Positions 56,454 through 64,000 of a stretch of DNA of 64,000 bases are shown here, piece after piece. The notes below the pieces were generated by a model, which worked only from the letters and a program-made list of their open reading frames with translations, was not told the DNA's origin and searched no databases. The stretch is from a virus. Its lineage: Duplodnaviria > Caudoviricetes. A program made the translations under genes and the position numbers. Position 1 is the stretch's first letter, and the number at the start of each line of letters is the position of its first letter. The DNA is taken from positions 55,264-119,263 of IMG/VR virus record IMGVR_UViG_3300017912_003441, one strand, 5' to 3'.

Positions 56454-58616
56454 TTAGCAAGTTAAATGTTGGATAGCAGTTACAAATGTAGCCGTTGCGG
56501 ATCCTCCAAGCTCATTGCAAGCTCTTAATTCAATATTACCACCGTTGTTTACTGCAGAAAACTCCCCTACTGTATCTCCAGATCTAATAGTTGCATACTC
56601 TGTAGTATATACATTAGTACCGTCATGAATCATTAATATTTCTGTGGCTTCAACATGAGATGTACAAGCAGAAGCTCCTTTAGCTGAAATAACAATTTTA
56701 CCAGTTCTGTAAGAAGTAGCAGGAATACTTACTAATACACCAGAAGCTGCATTAGCAATTGTACATGTAGTTGTATGATAAGCAGAAGCATTATTATTAA
56801 ACTGTATAGAACCAGCAGTAGCGTCATCATCAACTTTAACTGTTGTATTAGTAGTACCTAATATAATATCACTACCATCATCAGATATTGTAGAATCTGC
56901 TATTGAATCAGCATCAGAAAATTTAGCTAATCTATTCGCTGTACCATTAACACCACCATTATCAACTAATGTACTTCCCCAAGTTCTTGAATCTATTGTT
57001 CTCTTCTTAACTACCCCGCTATCTTCTATAAGAACTGAGTTTGTCGTACCAGCTACCGTAGTTAATGTTAACTGCTTACTAATTTCTACTCCCTCGGATC
57101 CATCAGTAGTAACAAATCTTTGATATAAATTACTACCTTCTTTAATCTCTAATGCGGCTCCTATGTTATCAGGTATTAAAATATCGCTTGAAGAAGAAAA
57201 TGATAAGTTACCTGCTAACGCTATATCATCATTAAAGTCAATCGTACTCCCACCTGTTACAGAATTAAATGCATCAGCATATATAATACCAGAAGCACTA
57301 ATTGTACCTGCTACAGTAAGGCATGCATTAGTAGCTGTAGTGCCAATACTTAGGTTACTATCAAAACAAGAACTACCATCAGCACCTAATGTAATACCAC
57401 TATCACCATATCCACCTCCTGCAAGAATACTACCGTCAGCAGACAGATTACCAGTACTTGATATAGTAATCCCAGTAGATCCAAAACCACCACCACCACG
57501 AATAGTATCACCACAAACTGTTGTACCAGATAATGACGGAGAAGAAAATGATGTGCTCGCAGCTATAACTGGTGAACAAACTGCTGTACTTGCACTCAAT
57601 GTACCAGAAACCGTTAATTCGTGATTTGGATTTGTAGTACCAATACCAACCTTACCACCTCTAATTGTAAGTCTTTCAGCAAGAGTACCTTCGTTAGCTG
57701 TTTTTAACGTTAAGTAAGATGTTTCACATGTATCTCGTACATCAGTAATACGTGTTGTTATTTGAGCAAAATCAACATCTTGACTATTATCATTTCTACC
57801 TGTAAAAAGTAAATTACCAATTCTATCATCATTAGCAGGACTAGAACTATTGCGATATAATTTTAAATCTGGAGCAGCATCAGCACCATCATCAGTAGAA
57901 ACAATAACAAAGTTGTTTTCAGTAGCAGTAGTAGTCGATGTAACCTCTGTGTTTAAAGTAGTACATGTACCGTTTACTGTTAAATTACCAGCAATAGTGA
58001 CATCGTCAGGTAAACCAATTGTTATTGTATTACCACTAGCGGAGGTTTCGATTTCATTGGCTGTACCAGCAAGAGTAAGTTTTTCAGATAAAAGATCAAT
58101 ACCAATATCAGTTGTACCATCATTAGCGGTAAGAGTAGTAGCAATTGTATTAGTAGTAGCAGATGTAATTCTACCTGTCTCATCAACAGTAAGAGCTGGA
58201 ATAGCAGTTTGTGATCCATATGTACCAGCAGTAACTCCAGAAGATTTGAGACCTAAACCTGTAATCGTCGCTCCCTCTCCAGTACCAATTGTACCAGTAA
58301 GAGTTTCGAAAGTAGTATTAACAGCAAAACTCTCAACATAATCTCCTGTAGTATCAGTACCAAGAGCAATACTATTAGCTGCTATAGTTGCGGTGAGAGT
58401 TTTAGTACCATTAAGGGTATCTAAAGCGACTGAACCTGATAAATCTCCTCCTAAAGCTATAGTTGCACCGGTTGTTACACCAGCACCAGCAGCACCGCTA
58501 AGTGAGGCAGCGCTTAAGCTTGTTAGAAAACTCGCGTCACCAGCGGTTAATGAACCGGTGCCTGAGGAGCCTCCTACCCTCAGACCATTTTTTACAATAA
58601 AGTCCTTGCTAGCCAT
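56454..58616 (-). CDS. tail fibre/virion structural protein, 720 aa
   Basis: N-terminal KDFIVKNGL; C-terminal YRTGK...EILMIHDGTNVYTTEYA domain typical of T4-like marine phage fibres. Confidence 0.85.
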   Translation of the reverse strand: MASKDFIVKNGLRVGGSSGTGSLTAGDASFLTSLSAASLSGAAGAGVTTGATIALGGDLSGSVALDTLNGTKTLTATIAANSIALGTDTTGDYVESFAVNTTFETLTGTIGTGEGATITGLGLKSSGVTAGTYGSQTAIPALTVDETGRITSATTNTIATTLTANDGTTDIGIDLLSEKLTLAGTANEIETSASGNTITIGLPDDVTIAGNLTVNGTCTTLNTEVTSTTTATENNFVIVSTDDGADAAPDLKLYRNSSSPANDDRIGNLLFTGRNDNSQDVDFAQITTRITDVRDTCETSYLTLKTANEGTLAERLTIRGGKVGIGTTNPNHELTVSGTLSASTAVCSPVIAASTSFSSPSLSGTTVCGDTIRGGGGFGSTGITISSTGNLSADGSILAGGGYGDSGITLGADGSSCFDSNLSIGTTATNACLTVAGTISASGIIYADAFNSVTGGSTIDFNDDIALAGNLSFSSSSDILIPDNIGAALEIKEGSNLYQRFVTTDGSEGVEISKQLTLTTVAGTTNSVLIEDSGVVKKRTIDSRTWGSTLVDNGGVNGTANRLAKFSDADSIADSTISDDGSDIILGTTNTTVKVDDDATAGSIQFNNNASAYHTTTCTIANAASGVLVSIPATSYRTGKIVISAKGASACTSHVEATEILMIHDGTNVYTTEYATIRSGDTVGEFSAVNNGGNIELRACNELGGSATATFVTAIQHLTC

Positions 58617-58632
58617 ATTAATTATTTATGGT

Positions 58633-59022
58633 CTAGTATATAGATAAATCCGAATAGTCTTTAATTTCCCATCCGTAACTATCTTGTAGTAAAGAAAGAA
58701 AGAATTCATCAGTCATAGGCTTATTATAATCTAAATCGTAAACAACCACATGAGTCTGAGCGTGATAGTCACAATCTCCTAATCCCATACCAATAAAATT
58801 CTTTACAACTAAGGTACCATCTAAAGAGGCATTGCGAGGATACGTAAGTATTATACTATCTCCATTCTTTAAATAACCTTCAAACACACATATTTCGGTC
58901 TTTTTAGTTTTTGTAAGCTGTTCTACAACAACATTAGACGGAAATATCTGTTGAGGCTCTGGAGGTTTACTATACTTAGCTATGTTTTGATACCAAAACT
59001 CTTCTGGGGTTTCAGCGCTCAT
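58633..59022 (-). CDS. hypothetical protein
   Basis: ORF track; ATGA coupling. Confidence 0.65.
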   Translation of the reverse strand: MSAETPEEFWYQNIAKYSKPPEPQQIFPSNVVVEQLTKTKKTEICVFEGYLKNGDSIILTYPRNASLDGTLVVKNFIGMGLGDCDYHAQTHVVVYDLDYNKPMTDEFFLSLLQDSYGWEIKDYSDLSIY

Positions 59023-59672
59023 CGTAATTCAATTTGTTTTTGATGACCCACTACAACCTCAGGATGTACATATACATCAATAAGTTTTTCTTTTAATTTT
59101 AAACATAGCGTCACATCTTCCATAGAAAAGTCTTGACAGTCTTTAATTTGTAAATATGTTGGCTCGAACCATGGATACTTTAATTGTTCGAATACTCCTT
59201 TTTTAAATAACAGAAAACCAAAACCAACATACTCTACTGTAAATGGTAATAATCTAGATTTGATATCTTGTTTGTTTAAAAACTGAAACGTTCCGTTGTC
59301 TTGAAAATATTCTTCATCCCATACTTCTACAGCAGCGTACTGAGAACCATTAGCCATTAAATACAAACCTGATATTACATCTTTATCTTCTTTATATAGT
59401 TTTTCGAAATCTTCAGGAGTAAAAACTATATCATCATCCAACCATAAAATATAATTATATTCTTGACCATCAAATAATTCTTGAAGAGGGCCTTCTTCTG
59501 GTTTACCCATCAAGCATTTATTACGAACTTCATATATATTACGAGTAAATGTAGAACTAAATAAAACTTTAAAACCTTTACTTGTGAGATGTCTTATTAG
59601 ATAAGTTAAAGATGTTAAGAACTTTCCTGTAAATGAATTACCAGGGCAACATATTACAATAGTTTTATTCAT
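59019..59672 (-). CDS. GT-A (GT2-like) glycosyltransferase
   Basis: LWLDDDIVF (DxD), VGFGFLL, YPWF, MEDVTLC. Confidence 0.85.
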   Translation of the reverse strand: MNKTIVICCPGNSFTGKFLTSLTYLIRHLTSKGFKVLFSSTFTRNIYEVRNKCLMGKPEEGPLQELFDGQEYNYILWLDDDIVFTPEDFEKLYKEDKDVISGLYLMANGSQYAAVEVWDEEYFQDNGTFQFLNKQDIKSRLLPFTVEYVGFGFLLFKKGVFEQLKYPWFEPTYLQIKDCQDFSMEDVTLCLKLKEKLIDVYVHPEVVVGHQKQIELR

Positions 59673-60253
59673 ACTACTTTTACGAAATTAAAATCTCCTT
59701 CATGTAGATCTATATCTTTATCTATCAAAAGATCTATATCTAGTTCTTTTATTCTATTACATATATCAATATCAACAAACTGTTGCTCAACTTCGTTTTT
59801 ACTTACATGAGGTCTGAACCATGGATACGTTAATTGCTCGAAAACTCCTTTCTTTATAAACACAAAATCAAAATCTAAATACTCTGCAACAATATGATTA
59901 ACATCTTCTGATTGTTTTTTATATCGACCATCAAACTTACCTGATAAAAACTTATAATCGTTTTCATTAAACTTATTAAACGTTTTAATAAAACTTGTAG
60001 GGGTGAAAGAGATCTTGTTACTTAAGAAGACTAACGTGTCGTATTTAATTTTGTTTTGAAAAGGTACTTGTTTAGGTCCTGCTAAAACATTACCACCTAA
60101 ACACATTTGCTTAGCGTAAAATGCATTACAACTAGAATGTTGGGAAACAAAATAATTAACTCCAGTCTTATTTAAATATGAAGTTAAATTAACCCACGAT
60201 TTTAAAAAAGCGCCGCTATAAGTAGAATCAAATAAATTAAAAACGACAGTCAT
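59669..60253 (-). CDS. degenerate GT-A paralog lacking DxD
   Basis: KKGVFEQLTYPWF shared with its neighbour; LVFLSNK replaces LWLDDD. Confidence 0.7.
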   Translation of the reverse strand: MTVVFNLFDSTYSGAFLKSWVNLTSYLNKTGVNYFVSQHSSCNAFYAKQMCLGGNVLAGPKQVPFQNKIKYDTLVFLSNKISFTPTSFIKTFNKFNENDYKFLSGKFDGRYKKQSEDVNHIVAEYLDFDFVFIKKGVFEQLTYPWFRPHVSKNEVEQQFVDIDICNRIKELDIDLLIDKDIDLHEGDFNFVKVV

Positions 60254-60290
60254 CCTGTAGGATTATTTACAGGAATAATTTAGGAAACCA

Positions 60291-61337
60291 CTATTTACGA
60301 AATGTACTTTGTAATCCTTGAATAATAAAGTCGCCTGTTATTTTAACCGGACGTTCATCTATTCTCGGATCTCTAATTACTACTCCTTCGTGAGAATCAA
60401 CACGACCCATAGGAGAGTCTAAAGTCTCTAATAATGCTTTTCCTAAAAATCTTGTAGCGTGATAAACGATAGCTCCGTCGATCGCAGCTTTTTGTTGATT
60501 TGGATCTTCATAAAGAGTGTCAACAGGAACTTGCTGTAAGATAATATCCATGTAATTCGCTTTGCTTATTGCTTCTCTCGGTGTTCCATCTAGCCTCTTT
60601 AACTTGACTCTCTTAGGTAATTTTAACTCTTGGAGCCATTGCTTTAAAGGTTTAACTTCATTGCTAGATTGTTCGTATGGTATCTCTACATTTTGTGATA
60701 ATACAGCTTCATAGTTTGGTTTTTCTCCAACACCAACATCTACAGAACCAAACACTTTAAAGTCTCCGCTAGCGTTTAATTTCTCGATAAGAGTCTTCAT
60801 TACCTCTGGATTATAATTAACTTCTTTAGAAGCTCTTCTACGTGGTGTTGCTTGATACATTTCTAGTAAACCATGTATAGCAATAAATTTTTCATCATAC
60901 TCTAAAACATTAGTACTACCATCAACGTATTCCAAGTTAAACAGTATGTTAGGGTTTTCTAATAGACCTAATGATTGTAATTCTCCTTTAATGTTACCAA
61001 GAGCGTTATTGAAAAAAGAAAGTACCTCAGTACCTACTTTAATCATTCCGTGACCTTCTGGGAATCGCTCTCCAAGACGAGCAATAGTAATACCCTCTAC
61101 ATCTATAGGCTTGTTACTACCTCTATCTAAAGCAAACTCTTGCCCTATAAATTTAATTGAGGCGTTAACACCATCAATCTTTAATGAACCTGGTTGATTA
61201 GCTAAACTATCATATGCTCGATCAAAAAATGTAATTAGATCTTGACCTGAGTTTACTGAATCAACATCAAAAGGATGTTGCATATGTCCACCAGCACCAC
61301 CTTCGTTAAATAAAAAATATTCTTTATATGTAATCAT
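60291..61337 (-). CDS. ATP-dependent ligase-fold (KxDG) protein, putatively virion-packaged
   Basis: EGGAGGHMQHPFD, KIDG, EGVVI, KITGDF. Confidence 0.7.
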   Translation of the reverse strand: MITYKEYFLFNEGGAGGHMQHPFDVDSVNSGQDLITFFDRAYDSLANQPGSLKIDGVNASIKFIGQEFALDRGSNKPIDVEGITIARLGERFPEGHGMIKVGTEVLSFFNNALGNIKGELQSLGLLENPNILFNLEYVDGSTNVLEYDEKFIAIHGLLEMYQATPRRRASKEVNYNPEVMKTLIEKLNASGDFKVFGSVDVGVGEKPNYEAVLSQNVEIPYEQSSNEVKPLKQWLQELKLPKRVKLKRLDGTPREAISKANYMDIILQQVPVDTLYEDPNQQKAAIDGAIVYHATRFLGKALLETLDSPMGRVDSHEGVVIRDPRIDERPVKITGDFIIQGLQSTFRK

Positions 61338-61549
61338 ACGTCTTTAACTCTATAAACATTAACTTTAATACCCATACTCTCTGTTAACCACACATCACAA
61401 AAACCTTCATGTATAATATATCGGACTATCTTATTTGGTATTTGTGTACCTTCAATTGAACCATCTTCGTCAAAGATACTTATCTTATAAGGTTGTACTT
61501 TAACCCTATAACCCATCACCGTTGTATCATATAGTCCGATTGCGTTCAT
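61334..61549 (-). CDS. hypothetical protein
   Basis: ORF track; ATGA coupling. Confidence 0.65.
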   Translation of the reverse strand: MNAIGLYDTTVMGYRVKVQPYKISIFDEDGSIEGTQIPNKIVRYIIHEGFCDVWLTESMGIKVNVYRVKDV

Positions 61550-62640
61550 GTACCGAATGTAAATCTGGTTGCTTGTTTGTCAATATTAAAATTATACCAA
61601 TCTTTTCCTAGCATTAAATTAATAGTACCCTCTAACCCTAAAGCTGGAATGTTCGCATACCGGACATCGTATTTATTAAAACCAGCAGGTTTCTTAGCAC
61701 CATGATAAATTGAAACGATAATATCATCGTTGTGACCAATTATGTAATCATATAAAACAATACCACCAAGAATTCTATTTAATTCACTGTTACCAGCTGT
61801 TCCACCACCACGACCACGAGATTCGACATCCTCCTGACGGTCTTCATCAGCAGCTTCCTTAAGTAAGTCTACTAGCCAATCTAAATTTCCACTCAAAACA
61901 GGGTACTTTAATAACAATTCTTGTACATATGACCATTTTTGTTCTTCATTGTTAAAATACATATCAGTCTCATTAACAATAGGAGCTTTTATTGCGTCTA
62001 TAATAGTACGCGCTAAACTCATATAACCCTTTTCTCTTGACGAACCACCTATAATTTTATTAGAGGTACCTACCTCTAACGTAGTTTCTGTACCGTCAAT
62101 TTGTATAACGTCTACATCTCCTGTACGTCCTTTTATACCATTACCTAGTATGCCTAAAATAAACTCCCCATCTCCAACCGATGTACCACCAATAGCAGGG
62201 TTAATAACGAACAACTCTTCAAAAAAGTCTAAAACATTATCTTTTACAAACTTACTTAAAATAGGTTCAGCAAAATCTGTATATAAATTAAAAGAGCCAT
62301 ACTTATCTTTAAAGAGGTTCTGTAAGTTATTTTGGGTGAACCTATTTTTAGTATGCTCTTTAAACTTGTTCCAATCGATTTTATATTTTTCGTTAGATAA
62401 CAAATAAGCAAAAACTTGATAATACTTATTTTTTTCATAGTTACCACCACTAGTATCAAATTTAGATGTGTTTATTAAGTTTACTATATCTTGTTGACTA
62501 CCGCTACTTAATCTATCAACATAATTAGCGATTTTTTTAACTTCGTCAGCATCAACAGTACCAAGAGACACCGGTGATCCTCCGGGGGGTATTGCTGCAA
62601 TATCTACAGTATTTTCGAAAAATTGTTTAAATGTTTTCAT
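61546..62640 (-). CDS. putative internal virion protein, possible PD-(D/E)XK-like
   Basis: MKTFKQFFE N-terminus; GDGE...GDV...LEVG. Confidence 0.65.
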   Translation of the reverse strand: MKTFKQFFENTVDIAAIPPGGSPVSLGTVDADEVKKIANYVDRLSSGSQQDIVNLINTSKFDTSGGNYEKNKYYQVFAYLLSNEKYKIDWNKFKEHTKNRFTQNNLQNLFKDKYGSFNLYTDFAEPILSKFVKDNVLDFFEELFVINPAIGGTSVGDGEFILGILGNGIKGRTGDVDVIQIDGTETTLEVGTSNKIIGGSSREKGYMSLARTIIDAIKAPIVNETDMYFNNEEQKWSYVQELLLKYPVLSGNLDWLVDLLKEAADEDRQEDVESRGRGGGTAGNSELNRILGGIVLYDYIIGHNDDIIVSIYHGAKKPAGFNKYDVRYANIPALGLEGTINLMLGKDWYNFNIDKQATRFTFGT

Positions 62641-63503
62641 ATTCCTATTGGTGGTCTTTTCTCTCCATATTTATGTGGTTGTGAATCTTTATCATTCTTA
62701 GTACCTAAAGCACTAAGCATAGCCTTTTCCCATTCTTCTAATCCAGCCTTTTCTTTCAGCTCTTCTTTAGAATACATAAGGTCATATGACTTAATAATCA
62801 AGTCATTTAATCTAGCTATAGTCTGATCATTACGTAAATTTTTAAAAGCAAGATTTTCTACAGAAAACTCTCCCTTACCAGCGAGACCCTCTTTACGCAT
62901 TCTCATAATCTTCTCTTTAAGCTTTTTTGCGCGCCTATTGATAAGACTAAATTCTTTCTCGTCACTAATATTATCTAAAGCATCATCTAATAAGTCAAAC
63001 TCTCGTTTAAATGATTCTGCCTTTTTAACTACGTCTTCATGATCTACTTCCGGTTTTTCGTACTTAGGCTTTTTAATCCATCTATTGCCAGATAAACTAA
63101 ATAGACCGGAAGCCACATGAGGTTCATGAATATCTTGAAAATATAACTCAACTTCATGGCCATTAAATTTTATATCGTGTCTAAGATTCCAAATAAATCT
63201 CTTACCATCTAACGCTCTCTTTACTATCTCTTCATCTTTATTAATATCAGCAAAGTCTAAAAGTATATGTACATCTAAATCAGAGTACTCTGAGTAATTA
63301 TAGTTTGCTAATGAACCAGTTAACTGTACATCTTCTACCATCTCAGGAGAAATATGAGCATCATCTTTGACAAAGTCGTCGACAATCTTTAAAATTGGTT
63401 TAAGTACGTCTTCTTTGAACTCAAATTCATCCCAGAACTGAGGATGAAGAGTATCATTATAGTAATTACTCTCTTCGAAATATGTTTTAAAACTATTAGG
63501 CAT
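62637..63503 (-). CDS. Pol-beta-superfamily nucleotidyltransferase
   Basis: LTGSLANYNYSEYSDLDVH...VELY. Confidence 0.82.
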   Translation of the reverse strand: MPNSFKTYFEESNYYNDTLHPQFWDEFEFKEDVLKPILKIVDDFVKDDAHISPEMVEDVQLTGSLANYNYSEYSDLDVHILLDFADINKDEEIVKRALDGKRFIWNLRHDIKFNGHEVELYFQDIHEPHVASGLFSLSGNRWIKKPKYEKPEVDHEDVVKKAESFKREFDLLDDALDNISDEKEFSLINRRAKKLKEKIMRMRKEGLAGKGEFSVENLAFKNLRNDQTIARLNDLIIKSYDLMYSKEELKEKAGLEEWEKAMLSALGTKNDKDSQPHKYGEKRPPIGI

Positions 63504-63825
63504 CTGCTTTTAATGTTTTTGGAGAAGTAGCTATATAAACTGTAACGTGATCATTCTTACTTTCCTCCCCTTCTCCTGTTTTATCATAAGAAACATACTG
63601 ATGTACTGATCTAATATAATCTGCTGCTTTAGTAATCTTAGCCTCCATCCAATCATCTAATGGATAGTCATCATCTAACATATCATGTAGTTCTTTAGAT
63701 GTGTTAGCTAAATGATATAAGTCTGTTTTTGCCATACCAGCACCATTAGGTTCGGCTTTCTCTTCAGAATCACCTGTATGAGTAAATTCATTTAAGTAAC
63801 TATCTAATTTTTTAGTAGTTTCCAT
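63496..63825 (-). CDS. conserved large-phage hypothetical protein
   Basis: MAKTDL...WMEAKITKAADYI; start METTKK after TATAAATA. Confidence 0.75.
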   Translation of the reverse strand: METTKKLDSYLNEFTHTGDSEEKAEPNGAGMAKTDLYHLANTSKELHDMLDDDYPLDDWMEAKITKAADYIRSVHQYVSYDKTGEGEESKNDHVTVYIATSPKTLKADA

Positions 63826-63838
63826 ATAAATATTTATA
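63825..63838. promoter_or_regulatory. palindromic bidirectional T4-like late promoter
   Basis: TATAAATATTTATA between divergent ATGs. Confidence 0.7.
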
Positions 63839-63842
63839 CGAT

Positions 63843-64000
63843 ATGACACCAGAATTCGATAAAGTATACGAAGGTCTTTGGGATAATATTAATAAGGCTA
63901 AGAAAAAAGGGAGAACTTCTAGTAAATGGAAGAAAAGCTCCAAGTATAGAAAGCAGATGAAGAGCCAAGCAAAGAAGCTCGCTAAAGAAAAAAAGCTATG
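63843..64000 (+). CDS. basic late protein (EGLWDNI type), reaches the window end
   Basis: Manual translation MTPEFDKVYEGLWDNINKAKKK... Confidence 0.6.
   Translation, partial: MTPEFDKVYEGLWDNINKAKKKGRTSSKWKKSSKYRKQMKSQAKKLAKEKKL

Noticed and set aside
34043-58616. Cys codon reassignment as the cause of excess Cys in the fibres
   Set aside because: TGT/TGC encode required Cys in ferredoxin (CxxCxxC), dCMP deaminase (PCxxC) and lipoboxes, and the tRNA(GCA) keeps the Cys identity element U73
34352-58647. Numerous short antisense or off-frame ORFs within the fibre genes
   Set aside because: Shadows of repetitive codon usage, with no promoters or recognisable motifs
1-64000. Stop-codon recoding (TAG/TGA) as seen in some large phages
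   Set aside because: Known genes are full length in the standard code, coding density is high, and all three stops terminate genes
1-64000. Bacterial chromosome or eukaryotic giant virus origin
   Set aside because: Housekeeping-like genes are isolated among tiny ORFs, with T4-like late boxes, sigma70 promoters, bacterial bS21 and phage fibres

Overview
This 64 kb window is an AT-rich, gene-dense, mostly minus-strand segment of a large T4-like (myovirus/jumbo-type) bacteriophage genome. No capsid, terminase or polymerase gene falls in the window, so the call rests on T4-like late promoters (TAAATA), sigma70-type early promoters, internal-protein-like N-termini, tRNAs, thyX, dCMP deaminase, a DenV-like gene and giant fibre genes. 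The bS21, ferredoxin, pilin-like and cyclase sequences point to a PVC-superphylum host, probably Verrucomicrobiota (inference). Layout: (1) 1-12 kb holds small early genes, ferredoxin, tRNA-Cys and tRNA-Ile2, bS21, a cupin and an HldE-like kinase. (2) 12.3-15.5 kb is a plus-strand island with a PAS-like protein, a pilin-like protein carrying CxxCH, an ankyrin-class III cyclase, lipoproteins and an HTH protein. (3) 15.5-19 kb holds cassettes bounded by repeated terminators: a DUF2589-like pair and a PlcP/LpxH-like phosphoesterase with a glycosyltransferase. (4) 19-30 kb holds nucleotide and repair genes (thyX, dcd, denV-like, radA-like, purT), an ExbB-like gene and three more tRNAs. (5) 30-60 kb holds four Cys-rich fibre genes (1718, 1337, 4357 and 720 aa) flanked by a sulfotransferase and GT9/GT2/GT-B glycosyltransferases. 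(6) 60-64 kb holds putative capsid-packaged proteins, including ligase-like and nucleotidyltransferase enzymes. The best candidates for an undescribed system are a phage-encoded glyco/sulfo-decoration system for Cys-rich fibres, the plus-strand signalling island, and a membrane-lipid remodelling cassette. All family calls come from motif recognition by eye; no searches were run.
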